From positions 1 to 54,087 of the forward strand of contig JAUCBJ010006779.1 of NCBI GenBank assembly GCA_032718475.1: a stretch of DNA of 54,087 bases. The letters are read 5' to 3'. Of this stretch, positions 35,332 through 45,665 are shown in pieces. This DNA comes from Nemertoderma westbladi (taxonomy: Eukaryota; Animalia; Xenacoelomorpha). The position numbers were made by a program, and so were the translations under genes. Each line of letters opens with the position of its first letter. Position 1 is the stretch's first letter. The notes beneath the pieces are model-generated. The model was not told the origin of the DNA, made no database searches, and worked only from the letters and a program-made list of their open reading frames with translations.

Positions 35332-35788
35332 GTTGTACGGTACATGTCTACTATGATGGGATAGATGAGCTTTAAACACTCAGGTATTTTAAAGACCTCA
35401 GGGGGAACACCATCTACTCCACTGGCACGATTGGTCTTAATGCTCTTTGCAGCAGCCTTCACTTCTGCAAAGGAGATATCGCCAAAGGGAATATCTGGGA
35501 GTACAGACTCAGACACTTTTACTTCTATAAAGTTATCAGGCAATACCCTGTCATTATTGAGGAGCTTTTCAAAGTGGGCTTTCCAACCATTGAGGCGATC
35601 GGCCCACGCCCAGTGACTATATATAATTAATATTTTATTAGTAGCGGTACCGGTACACATACTTAACCCCTTAGGGTAGCCTAAATGTAGAAATACATCC
35701 ATACATGGCAGTATGGTATTCAAACCATGTCAGCTTCAGCATGTAGGATAGGCCTGTTTGCCTGTTTAAAAATAAAAATTAAACTAAC

Positions 35789-35933
35789 TGCTGCAATCTT
35801 TGTTCACACATCGTCTAATGTTACTGAGGTGAGATAGGGAAGGTTTGTTGACGTCATCCTCCAATGCAATACCTCTTTCCACAAAAACGCAGATAAGAAG
35901 AAGATGAACCCCAAAACGAAATAAGGTTTCCAT
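35789..35933 (-). CDS. MIA3: Exon 1 of MIA/TANGO1-like gene: signal peptide and first MIA cysteines
   Basis: METLFRFGVHLLLICVFVERGIALEDDVNKPSLSHLSNIRRCVNKDCS-A|GTTAGT, 145 nt, phase 1. LSxxxxCxxxxC matches the MIA-family LxDxKxCADxEC pattern. Confidence 0.85.
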
Positions 35934-37049
35934 ATTAAAACAGTCAGACAGTACCGGTAGTGGGCAGTAGGCCTATCAAACTAGTTCAGTGCTATTAGCA
36001 TTAGGCATAGGCATTAGCCTACGCTTACTGGCTTACAATACAGCAATACTACTGTACTAAAAATACAAAATATGTTTGTTTATGCCAGAGATGTAAGTGT
36101 AAGACAGACATAAACTGTAAACCAAGATATCGATCATAATAATAGTACTGTACAGCTGTAGTCTGTCAGTCTGTAGTAGGCCTAATAAGACCTGAAGGCT
36201 GAAGCCCTACCGGCTGACCGGTAATAACAGCAAACAGATTACCGACTGGCGCCTGCCGCCTGGTCCACCTGTTTGCGCTCATTTCTGCCTTTGGTCAGCA
36301 GTCAGTACAGCAGTAGGCCTATACTGCTATGTTATTACTTATTACACGTACCGGTCCGGTATTACTGCAGTACTGTATTATGATGCTGATGCGATGCACG
36401 GGCAGACGGGCATGCCTATATGTCAGGTAGTCAGGTACGGTACTGCTGTACTGCCTGACTGCAGTGTGCGTCAGTGCGTGCACTCGTGCAATACGGTACC
36501 GAACTGCTCCAGCATGGCCTGATGGCCAACACTCTTACTTCCACTTCCACCTCCACTGTAAGCGGACTTGTTGAGGCAAGACTGCAGAATGCTGCCACAT
36601 CTGCAATAATGACTAGCGCTTAGATTGTAGATGTTGAATATACAACTAAAAAATCAGCCACTCAGGTAATAGAAATAACCTCATTAAATATTAGCCAATT
36701 AGGAGACAACTGCCACAGCTACACATCAGCACATGGCTGCATGGTATTGAAAGATTTATAAAATAAGCAGACTGATACTGTAGCTAGCTCGCTGCCCGTT
36801 ATTTCAACAATACCGGTACAGCAGCAATGGTGTACTCGTTTTAAAATGCTGAAATGAGAACTAAATTCATTGAATTAGTGAATCTTATAAAAAATATGAG
36901 TACCGGCAGACCGATACAAAATTGCAAAATTTTCCGAATTAATGGTGTAGTCATTTTAAAATTAGAACATGCAGTAGGCCTACTGCCTACAGTATAATTA
37001 ATTGAATAAGTTTTAGTTTCCACGACTGGTTTACGCGGCCACTCATTCA

Positions 37050-37995
37050 AGCTCCAGAAACCCCGTGCTCGGCTGCTGCAGAGGAACTCAACATTTCACT
37101 TTCGAGTTATAGATCCCTGGAACTCGCTATCCGATTATGTTGTCACCGCCCCCAACCTTAACTCTTTTAAAACCCGTTCAAACCCCCACTATAAAGATTT
37201 CCCACTCAAGTTTACCCCATCATGATGGTCTGTGTAATAGTATTTAACTTACAACAGTAACTCTTAACTTCTTACTTTTTTTTAATTTTTAATTTTTAGA
37301 CTTCTTTTTAACTTAAATTAAATATTTTTTTATCATCATCCTATTACACACTGTTGTCCTCATACACAAACTTTACGTTTTAGTTACTACTTTATAGAAT
37401 GATATTTTATATTATATTGTAATAACTAATATGCCATCTGTATTTTTAACTGGATTGAACCTATTTACTTGACGTTTTCAAACATTTTAATAGTTTTTAC
37501 ACACAGCTACAGTAGAGCTTATACTGTTTTACTTAAAGTTTTTACTCAGGTTAATTTTTATTTTTTAATTATAATTAAATAACGAAACTAAGTTTTTTAA
37601 GATGTATAAATATGTGTGCCCAATTTGTTACAACGTCTGTTTTATTTTTTATTACTCGCGTCAAGCTCGGTTTTTAGATGCACTTACTTATATTTTAATT
37701 ACTGTATTGTAAATAATTTTTAGCCAGCTAGTTTAAGTTTGACTTTATGCCACATACTATTAAATTATATTTTAATTACTGTATTTAAATAATTTTTAGC
37801 CAGCTAGTTTAAGTTTGACTTTATGCCACATACTCTCATTTACATACTCCATACCAACATTTTTAGGTGTTGTACAGTAGTAGGTAGATACTAGTAGGTA
37901 GCCTCAGTTTATATATTTTAACATGTAATTTTATATTTAGTCTGAACAGGTACAATAAGCTTATGCTTCCTTTACCTTAATATTAAACACTAAAC
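37050..37995 (+). mobile_element. CR1-clade LINE 3' fragment plus probable AT-rich 3' UTR
   Basis: 37070-37225 parallels 28580-28737 (GAGGAACTCAAC...CACTTTCGAGTTATAGATCCCTGGAA). The 3' extent is inferred from the ATAAGC...GCTT tail motif near 37955. Confidence 0.6.
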
Positions 37996-38620
37996 AATGG
38001 TTTTTAATACTAGAAGTATGCCATATTTGTACTACTGTATCCCTGCACTGATAAAAATTGTATTTTGTTAAATAATATTATTATTTTTAATCCAAATTAA
38101 ACCCTGTAGGCCTACTTAAACGTCTAACCACTCACGACCCACTGATAAGTGATCCAGAATAGATCCCGTTCACCCACCCAAAGCGAGAACGGCGCCTTTG
38201 TTGTAACTCCGTAACGCGTAACGTAAAGGGCCTAGTTATTCATTCATATACTGTATTCATACTCGCTCCCGTCACACTCACACAGTACTTAAACCATAAT
38301 TGCAGTAATGTACAGTGGTATTTTTATTTCATTAAAGTTGTACAGATGGCTAAAATCAATCTCAGTTACGGCACGTTAAAAAAAAAATAAGCTGATAGCA
38401 AGCGCTCACTACAGTAAAATGGAGGGAGTTCAAGATTTGCACTACCACTCGGTTCGAAAAGCAATGATGAGAGACAACTACAGTAGGCTTGTTGAGCTGG
38501 ACATACAGTAGTTTCATATTATGACCACGTAATATATTAATTATAAAAATGAGTCATATCTGGTTTCCATAAGTTGGAGTTTCGAAGGAGATCATATTAT
38601 TTTAAGTAACTACAGTATTA

Positions 38621-39000
38621 CACCATGTCCTTGAACATACTGTAGTTTTGTTATTCTGGTATATGGACGCCAGCCCCCCCCCCCCCCGAATTTTTCTACA
38701 AATCTTAATGAGATTGCATGAAATTTGAAATATAAATATTTTCACCTCCCTCATCATTTAGTGGGTAAGCCAGAAATTTAATTTTCGCTTTCATTTTTTA
38801 GCTAAAGTAAAGCCGTTTATAAATGGTTTATCCGTCAATATTGCACAAGTTCACACAATTGCGATGTCCCGGAATATAATGTCGTAATTCAATGGCATGA
38901 TTTCAGCGGAAGCAAATATACATGCAACTTCTAAATGCCCATATCTCAGCTATTGCCCAACCAAATACAAATATTTTTACATATTTGGAATCCGTGTCGC
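38621..39000. mobile_element. Diverged single arm of a MITE related to 40495-41359
   Basis: TA-CACCATGTCC start, poly-C run, then TTTTTCTACAAATCTT...GAAATTT as in the 40495 element. The right boundary is uncertain. Confidence 0.55.
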
Positions 39001-39777
39001 ACGGTCAGCTTCACGAGCTGCACGGCCATAAAATGTATTGGTCGATCAATTAATAATTTTTGGTCCGCTAATTTTTTTATCAACAAACAAGTTATGTGGA
39101 ATTAAATTTCAAAGTAATTAATTATTTAAAGATAAATATTGCATTTAAATAGATAGCGCTGATGGTATCCACCGGTTATTTAATATTCTAGAATATAATA
39201 ATATCATAACAATGTGTATCTACTGTATATATTGTTTTTAATAACGACGATATGACTTGTTTTTAAAATGTATTAACCTATATTGTGTCTATTTGTTCTA
39301 TATTGTCTATCGTACCCTTTGTCTATTTATCTACAATTTGAATGTTATATGGACTCCCGTAAGTGCAACGTCCTAGGATGTCTTCCACTCTATACATACA
39401 CTGATATATCTGGTCTATTTATTGTTTTAATATTTTTAATTTTGAGCGAATAATATTACAAAAAGATATTTAAAACATTATTTAAAATATTATATATTTT
39501 GCTTTATATAGCGGGGTATTTCACTATGGACAATGGAAGAAGCTTCGATGGACAATATTTATGCTGAAATAGGCCCAAATGACTTTCAACAAATAAAACA
39601 ACGTTTTAACAGTTTAAAGTGGTGGCAATTAGTAACATTTTTTGTCTTGCTTAGGTCAGTAGGTACCAGGTACCGGCCCCGATACAGACAGAGTAGCAGT
39701 AGGCTATTGTCAGACAGTCAGATTGTATTGACTGATGTTGGGTGTTACTGTGTTATGGTCGAATCTTTTGAAAATAA

Positions 39778-39886
39778 ATGGGAGTCACCGGAAAATTTTC
39801 ACAAGAAGGCGCCGTTCGAATTCAAACTCGTGGAACTGGAAATTTTACTGATGATTATGCAGGTTCATCTTCATATGATGAGGGAG
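39778..39886 (+). CDS. RCOR: CoREST/RCOR probable first coding exon
   Basis: MGVTGKFSQEGAVRIQTRGTGNFTDDYAGSSSYDEG-G|GTGAGT; phase 1 fits the next exon. Confidence 0.6.
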
Positions 39887-40494
39887 GTGAGTCTGAGTCG
39901 GTCAGCTGTCAGCCTCCCTTTCATCTGTGCATAGTGCATTCCTTAGGGCCAACTGCCTTAGGCGGTTACGGGCTGTACAGCTGTAACTTTGTACATGTAC
40001 GGTGGTCCAAAAAATCTTTTTTCGAATTTCAACTCAGTTCGCACATCAGATGTCATCAAATGCAGAAATGGGCCCAAACAAATACCGGTACCAAAGAAAT
40101 AGATACCAAAATTTTGATTTGGGCATGACAGGAAATATTCCCATAGGCACAGGCACATGGCCAGTCCAGTTTCCACCTTTGGCGCAATTGCGCAAGTGCT
40201 GAAGCAGTGAAGTGAGTCATATTCTCAATTTTTGTGATGATCAACTTACTAGTAGGCCTACCGGTCTGCCGGTAGGTATTCCTTATTCCTACTGCACTGC
40301 ATTGATATTATGCTCATTAGAACCGCAATGACCGATTTCTGGATTTAGTTGGTGTACCTTCAAAACAAGCATAGCTGTAGCAGTGTAGAGCGAATATGGA
40401 ATAGGTTTTGAGATGTGCCGAGATACACCAGTAGTACAGTACGAGTACACCTTCCTAATTTATAGGCCTAATTGCTAATACCATTCAACCAGTA

Positions 40495-41359
40495 CACCAT
40501 GTCCAGTAATATAGTGTCATTTTCTGATGACACGGACCCCCCCCCCCCCCCCCCCCCAGATTTTTCTACAAATCTTTATCATATTGCTTGAAATTTTAAA
40601 CACAACTAGTTCAACTCACCGTCGATGACCCCATGAAGCCGGAATTTTAGATTTTGCCTTCAATTTTTTTATAAGTGTTTTAAAAAAGTGTCTTTTGCGA
40701 AATCGCACCCTCCGTATCGCGGACATTCTTCACAATACTTCAATAGTCGTAATTCGAAATATTCGAAATATGTAACATTATCTGAATTTCGTTGAGAAAC
40801 AGCTGAGATATAGGCGTTCAAAGATTGCAAGAATTATCGTTCGCTAGATGCCATTTATTCTATTTAATAAATACACGATGTTCTGGAACATTTTGTATAA
40901 GTAGCTACCCAATAGATATATTGGATAGGAATACCGCTGTTGCCTACCAACTCATAAAATAAATAACACGTTCTAGAATTTTGTGTAGGCTATTTATTTA
41001 ATAGAATAAATGGCCTGCAGCGAACGATAATTCTTGCAATATTTGAACGCCTATACCGGTATCTCAGCTGTTTCTCAACAAAATTCAGATATTGTTGCAT
41101 ATTTCGAATCCATGCAACGTAAGCTTTATAATGATATGAAAAAGTTACGACTAATGCGAAGAATGGCCACGATACTGTCAGACTGTGCTGCTGTGGGTGT
41201 GATTTCGCAAAAGACACTTTTTTTTAAAACGCTTATAAAAAAAATTTAAAGGCAAAATCGGAAATTCCGGCTTCATGGGGTCATCGACGGTGAGTGGAAC
41301 TAGTGGTGTTTCAAATTTAAGTGTCATCAGAAAATGACACTATATTACGGGACATGGTG
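40495..41359. mobile_element. Palindromic MITE with long TIRs and TA target duplication (Tc1/mariner-type), in RCOR intron 1
   Basis: TA|CACCATGTCCAGTAATATAGTGTCATTTTCTGATGACAC ... GTGTCATCAGAAAATGACACTATATTACGGGACATGGTG|TA. The arms pair for roughly 350 bp. Confidence 0.9.
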
Positions 41360-41491
41360 TACAGCAGTACAACTACAACATTTCCCCATTACCAGATTAC
41401 GGTCCGGTAGTTTCTAGTTACCACTTACCGGTACTTGGGTTGGGTATTAACAGTCAGTTACCTTACTACATGTCCACCTCTCTGTAACTAG

Positions 41492-41671
41492 ATAACCGAG
41501 GGATGAACGTTGGACCGGAACATCAGGCCTTTGTTGAGGAATGGGATACCGAGGTGGTAGCCAATAGGAGGAGGATTGAAGCCTCCCAGGTCAACGACGA
41601 CTCAGGATCGGCTTCCGGTTCTACTGACGTCATGGTATGGTGTCCCGATAATGTTAACCCAGATTATAAGT
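41492..41671 (+). CDS. RCOR: RCOR exon, ELM2 domain start
   Basis: AG|(D)NRGMNVGPEHQAFVEEW...VMVWCPDNVNPDYK-T|GTAAGT; ELM2 xVGxxxQA...VW motif. Confidence 0.88.
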
Positions 41672-42241
41672 GTAAGTAATGCCGCTAGTAGTCCTACATA
41701 AAAACCATCCGCAGTAATAAACTATCTGACTATAAACTAATTTTAACATTACTTTATATGTTATCCTGTGGTATAAATATTTCAGGAGTGTAAAATAAAG
41801 TGATATAAAGTTGCCAAAAAGCGCGATTTATTCATTCACGCCATGTCACATACCGGTATACTCCGCTCCGGTATACTGAGAAAATTTCAAAATGGAAATT
41901 TCGAAAATTCTGATCCTTTTTAAACACGACAATAAGTACATAGAGTATACCGGTACCGGTACCGGTACCTACCTCAAGTCTGCGGAATTGCGTTTTTTTT
42001 CACTTTATTTTTTATAGAAAGACCTGAAACCTCATCCATTTATTAAAGTTTTTATTTCAACAGATTTTTAGAAATGAAACTATTGACCTGCTCTCATAGT
42101 GTGTAGCAATTTTTATTTAACGCATTGTGTAGCTCTTAGAATAATTATATATATTTTAAATAAGCGCTGTGTGATCTTTAATTTTTACTTTTTGTCCGCC
42201 AATATATATTCTGTTGTATCGCCATATTCGCTCCACTATAG

Positions 42242-42456
42242 GCGACGAATACCTCCGTTTGGCTAAGGATAAATACAACTACACCGTGGAACAAGCGCTC
42301 GGTCTGCTGTACTGGCACCGCCACTCTATAGAGAAGGCTGTAGCCGACCTCCCTAACTACGCGCCCTTCAACGAGGAATGGACCGCCGAAGATAAAATAC
42401 TATTCGAACAATCTTTCGGTTTCCACGGAAAGAACTTTAATCGCATTCGTCAAATG
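42242..42456 (+). CDS. RCOR: RCOR exon, ELM2 end and SANT1
   Basis: [71 protein letters not shown]|GT. Confidence 0.95.
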
Positions 42457-42991
42457 GTTAGACTGCTAACGTTCACGCCCTACCGAACTAATACTGCTAT
42501 ATTACTTAACTTAATTAATTGACTAATTCAATTGAGAATTCTAATTCGTCTGTTAATTAAGTTATAAAAGTAATAATAAACCTTCTAGACAGGCACAACA
42601 CAGGGGCTGGATGTGGATACGATACGATACGGTATCTATTAGTTGTATTCCGTATCGTATCAACCGCAATAGGAATAATTGAGTTTCACATTTAGTATCA
42701 GTTGGCTGGGATATATTATTTTAAGGCGCCATAATATTTTATATAATTTAAATATATTATTGTAAATAAATATAATAATTAATAATACCTAATTATTTTA
42801 TTTTAGAGATAATTCACTTTACGTACCGGTACGTCTCTTTAGGTTTTTGGGCCCATGTGAGTAATACCATAGGTTTTCACTAAAACCCCAGGTTACAGAA
42901 GGGCTGAATATAACCAAAACAAAAAACAAATTAGTATATGTACAGGTTATAATTTACGGGGGTAAACTTATCCACATTATTGTCCCTCCAG

Positions 42992-43195
42992 CTTCCCGAT
43001 AAACCAATCTCCCAACTGGTGCAGTATTACTACTCCTGGAAGAAGAGCCGGGAGTGTCTCAGTATAATGGACAGGTTCTCGTTGAAGGTTGGGGGGGTTG
43101 ACGGGAAACCAGACAGTCTCAGCGGTACCATGAGTAGCGACGACTCGGAGGGCTCTAGTAGCGATGGAGACGAGCCGTCAACACGGGTCACTAAG
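42992..43195 (+). CDS. RCOR: RCOR exon, SANT1 end and acidic linker
   Basis: CCAG|LPDKPISQLVQYYYSWKKSRECLSIMDR...VTK|GTACTG. Confidence 0.93.
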
Positions 43196-43455
43196 GTACT
43201 GTGTGTTCTAGAATTAGCTTTTATTTGAATCCCCTTAATTCTATTGTCTTTATTACTTGGCATGAAATGTGGAGACGGGGGGGGGGGGGTGGGGCTTTAC
43301 GCAAATCGTAAAATTGTTAACTAATTGAAAGGAGCAGGTTACAGTGGCACGTTATTCTAACCAAAACAATAAGCTAAAGATATATTTAATTTTTTAATAA
43401 TATAATTTACTGGAACCGTTTTGTAATCCCACATTTCTAACTGTTACGTTCCCAG

Positions 43456-43809
43456 ACCGGCAACTGTTCCACCTGCAGCACGCATTCATCCTCTCTGCGC
43501 CAGTGGTCCCCCTCCGACTCGTGGGTCTGTCCCCCCTGTGGTTCCCGATGGCGTCGACACTTCCCCTCCTCCCGGGGGGACGGCGGCTCCTCCCGCTCCT
43601 CCCGGTGCCGTCGACGGCCTCCCAAAGGGATGAACGTGAACGGGGACGATCTCGCCCTCCTCATCTCCGGACAGGGCCCCGCCCTGTTCCAGGAGTTGGA
43701 CTCCCGCATCCTCTCGCTCAAACAGCAGTACCGCGTCAACAAACACGCCATCTCCCACGTCTCCGATCGGCTATTTTCCGCTCACGTCGACGAACTAAGA
43801 CCCCCGGAG
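43456..43809 (+). CDS. RCOR: RCOR exon, C4 zinc finger and LSD1-binding linker
   Basis: CCCAG|TGNCSTC...CPPC...RRPPKGMNVNGDDL...LDSRILSLKQQYRVNK...VDELRPPE|GTAAGT. Confidence 0.92.
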
Positions 43810-43856
43810 GTAAGTGAGTGAGTGAGCATTAGGTTGTAGAGTTTATAATACCAACT

Positions 43857-45595
43857 TAATGTATAAACGGGAACCCCCGCGATCAATGTAATCACGATCA
43901 CGACATTTTTGGGACGGGATCCTGAAGAATATAATATAGTTAAGTAAAATTGTTGAATATCTTACAAATAGTTCCAGCTGAACGGAAATGTTTTGATTTT
44001 ATCGAATTTTTATGTCATTATTATTATTTTTATTATTTTATTTATTTCAGCATCAAATATTCATATTATATACATTAAATATCAGTGCCATATCTATAAA
44101 AACACTAATGGTAGGGAATTTCTGCACAATAAGTAAAATGGGTCTAAAAAATGAAACATAGGTGAAATAAAAAGCGTCAAGTAGCACGTGAGTAACACCA
44201 CCGCTTAAAAGTATCGTACATTGTAGACAATGGTCGGCAAGTGTTACGTACACAGTAACAGTAACAGTACGTACACGTACAAAACATATTAAAACAGAAT
44301 TAGATGACAAATTTACACGAATATCCAAACTAAAAAGTGATATTCTAAAAATCTCCTTAAGAGAGCGGATATTAAAATTTACCAACATTTGACTCGAACT
44401 ATTAATCTCGTCGGTCTCCTTATTGTATAATTTAATATTAAATAACGACCGGACAGATTTATTAATGGCAGTGTGAAGTTTGTTAAAACTTGACTGTAAA
44501 AAATATACGTGGACCACAACGCACGCACAACAATAGATTGACGAACAGTAACTGTTAAACGGTACTTTCTTAACTTTATCAGAACAGTTACAGAAGCGTC
44601 TAATCAAGGAATTGGCTCTAGCATAAAAAAGTCTAGTTTGTGCCAATATATCACAATCGTCAGAAAAATCGCTGGAAATAATATGCCCTAAGTATTTAAA
44701 ACATTCAACATTACTCAACTGTTTACAATCTAGGTTAATGGACGGCGGGCCAAATGTACCTTTCCTTAATTTACTACGAAAAAACATACATTTAGATTTC
44801 TTTGCGTTGAAGGTCGCTATTATCCTTAGCAAAGTTTACACAAATATTAACAAGAGTCTGTAACGAATGTGGGTTTACGGTTATGAGGCAAATATCATCA
44901 GCGTATATCAAGTGATTAATAACTGAGCCATTTAGTGTACAACCTAACTCGGATGAAGTTAAATCTTTACTTAGGTTATCAATAAAAAAGTTAAATAAAA
45001 GAGGTGAAATCGGGCTGCCCTGTTTAACACCATTTGTGCAATTAAAACTGGGGGAGGTATATCCCCCCCATCTGACAAACATTGACTGCTGAGCGTACAT
45101 ATAGGATAAAATTCGAATAATAAAAACTGGTACTTTACTCTTAACTAATTTCGTAAATAATATACTATGCTGTACACAATCGAATGCTTTAGATGCGTCT
45201 AGGAAACATACATAAACATTTTTACCATGATTCAAATAATAGTTAATAATTTCCTTAATGGTGTAAGCACAGAGCTCAGTACCACATCCTTTTTTGAAAC
45301 CAAACTGGTTGTCTGTTGTTGACAAAAAGTTAATTATTCGCGTTAAAATTAAGTGCTCGAAAAGTTTACATAAACATTCCGGTATCATTAAACCATCCCG
45401 TAATCAATTGCAAAATAATTGTTAATATAACTTTATCTTACTAATATTTTATAAGTGTAAAATAAAGTGAGTGTTACACCCAAAACCCGCCACATATAAT
45501 AACTTTAAGGAATTTATTCCGAAATCGTTTTCCGGGATCCCGATCCCGGAAAACGGGATCCAGGGAGTGATAATCCCGATCCCGTTTAAACAATA
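43857..45595. mobile_element. Probable MITE (GGGATCCCG-rich ends) split by a LINE fragment
   Basis: Imperfect TIRs TAATGTATAAACGGGA / TCCCGTTTAAACAATA flanked by direct repeat AATACCAACT (43847-43856, 45596-45605). Confidence 0.5.
44280..45385 (-). mobile_element. 5'-truncated, frameshifted non-LTR retrotransposon RT fragment (RTEX-like)
   Basis: Motifs QFGFKKG, FLDASKAFD, GVKQGSPISPLLF, YADD, YLG and FYARANSLIRRF; frameshift near 44820. The clade assignment is tentative. Confidence 0.85.
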
Positions 45596-45665
45596 AATAC
45601 CAACTAATTTGTAAGATAAACTTGGAGTTCTCCCTCCCAACTACAAAATACAACTAACAAAAACA

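Larger units (their letters stand above)
29455..35601 (-). mobile_element. 5'-truncated RTE-clade LINE interrupted by the hAT-like transposon
   Basis: TSD GCCCACGCCC at 29445-29454 and 35602-35611; (TAG)n tail on the minus strand near 29455-29465. The RT frame joins across the insertion as ...DMYRTT|RVPQEMKTNKLVPVPKKG. Confidence 0.9.

Noticed and set aside
35181-35723. 180-aa standalone gene
   Set aside because: It is a chimera of flank, RTE 5' remnant (35332-35601) and the hAT right end.
37690-37835. ~77-bp tandem duplication
   Set aside because: An ordinary two-copy slippage within a probable LINE 3' UTR.
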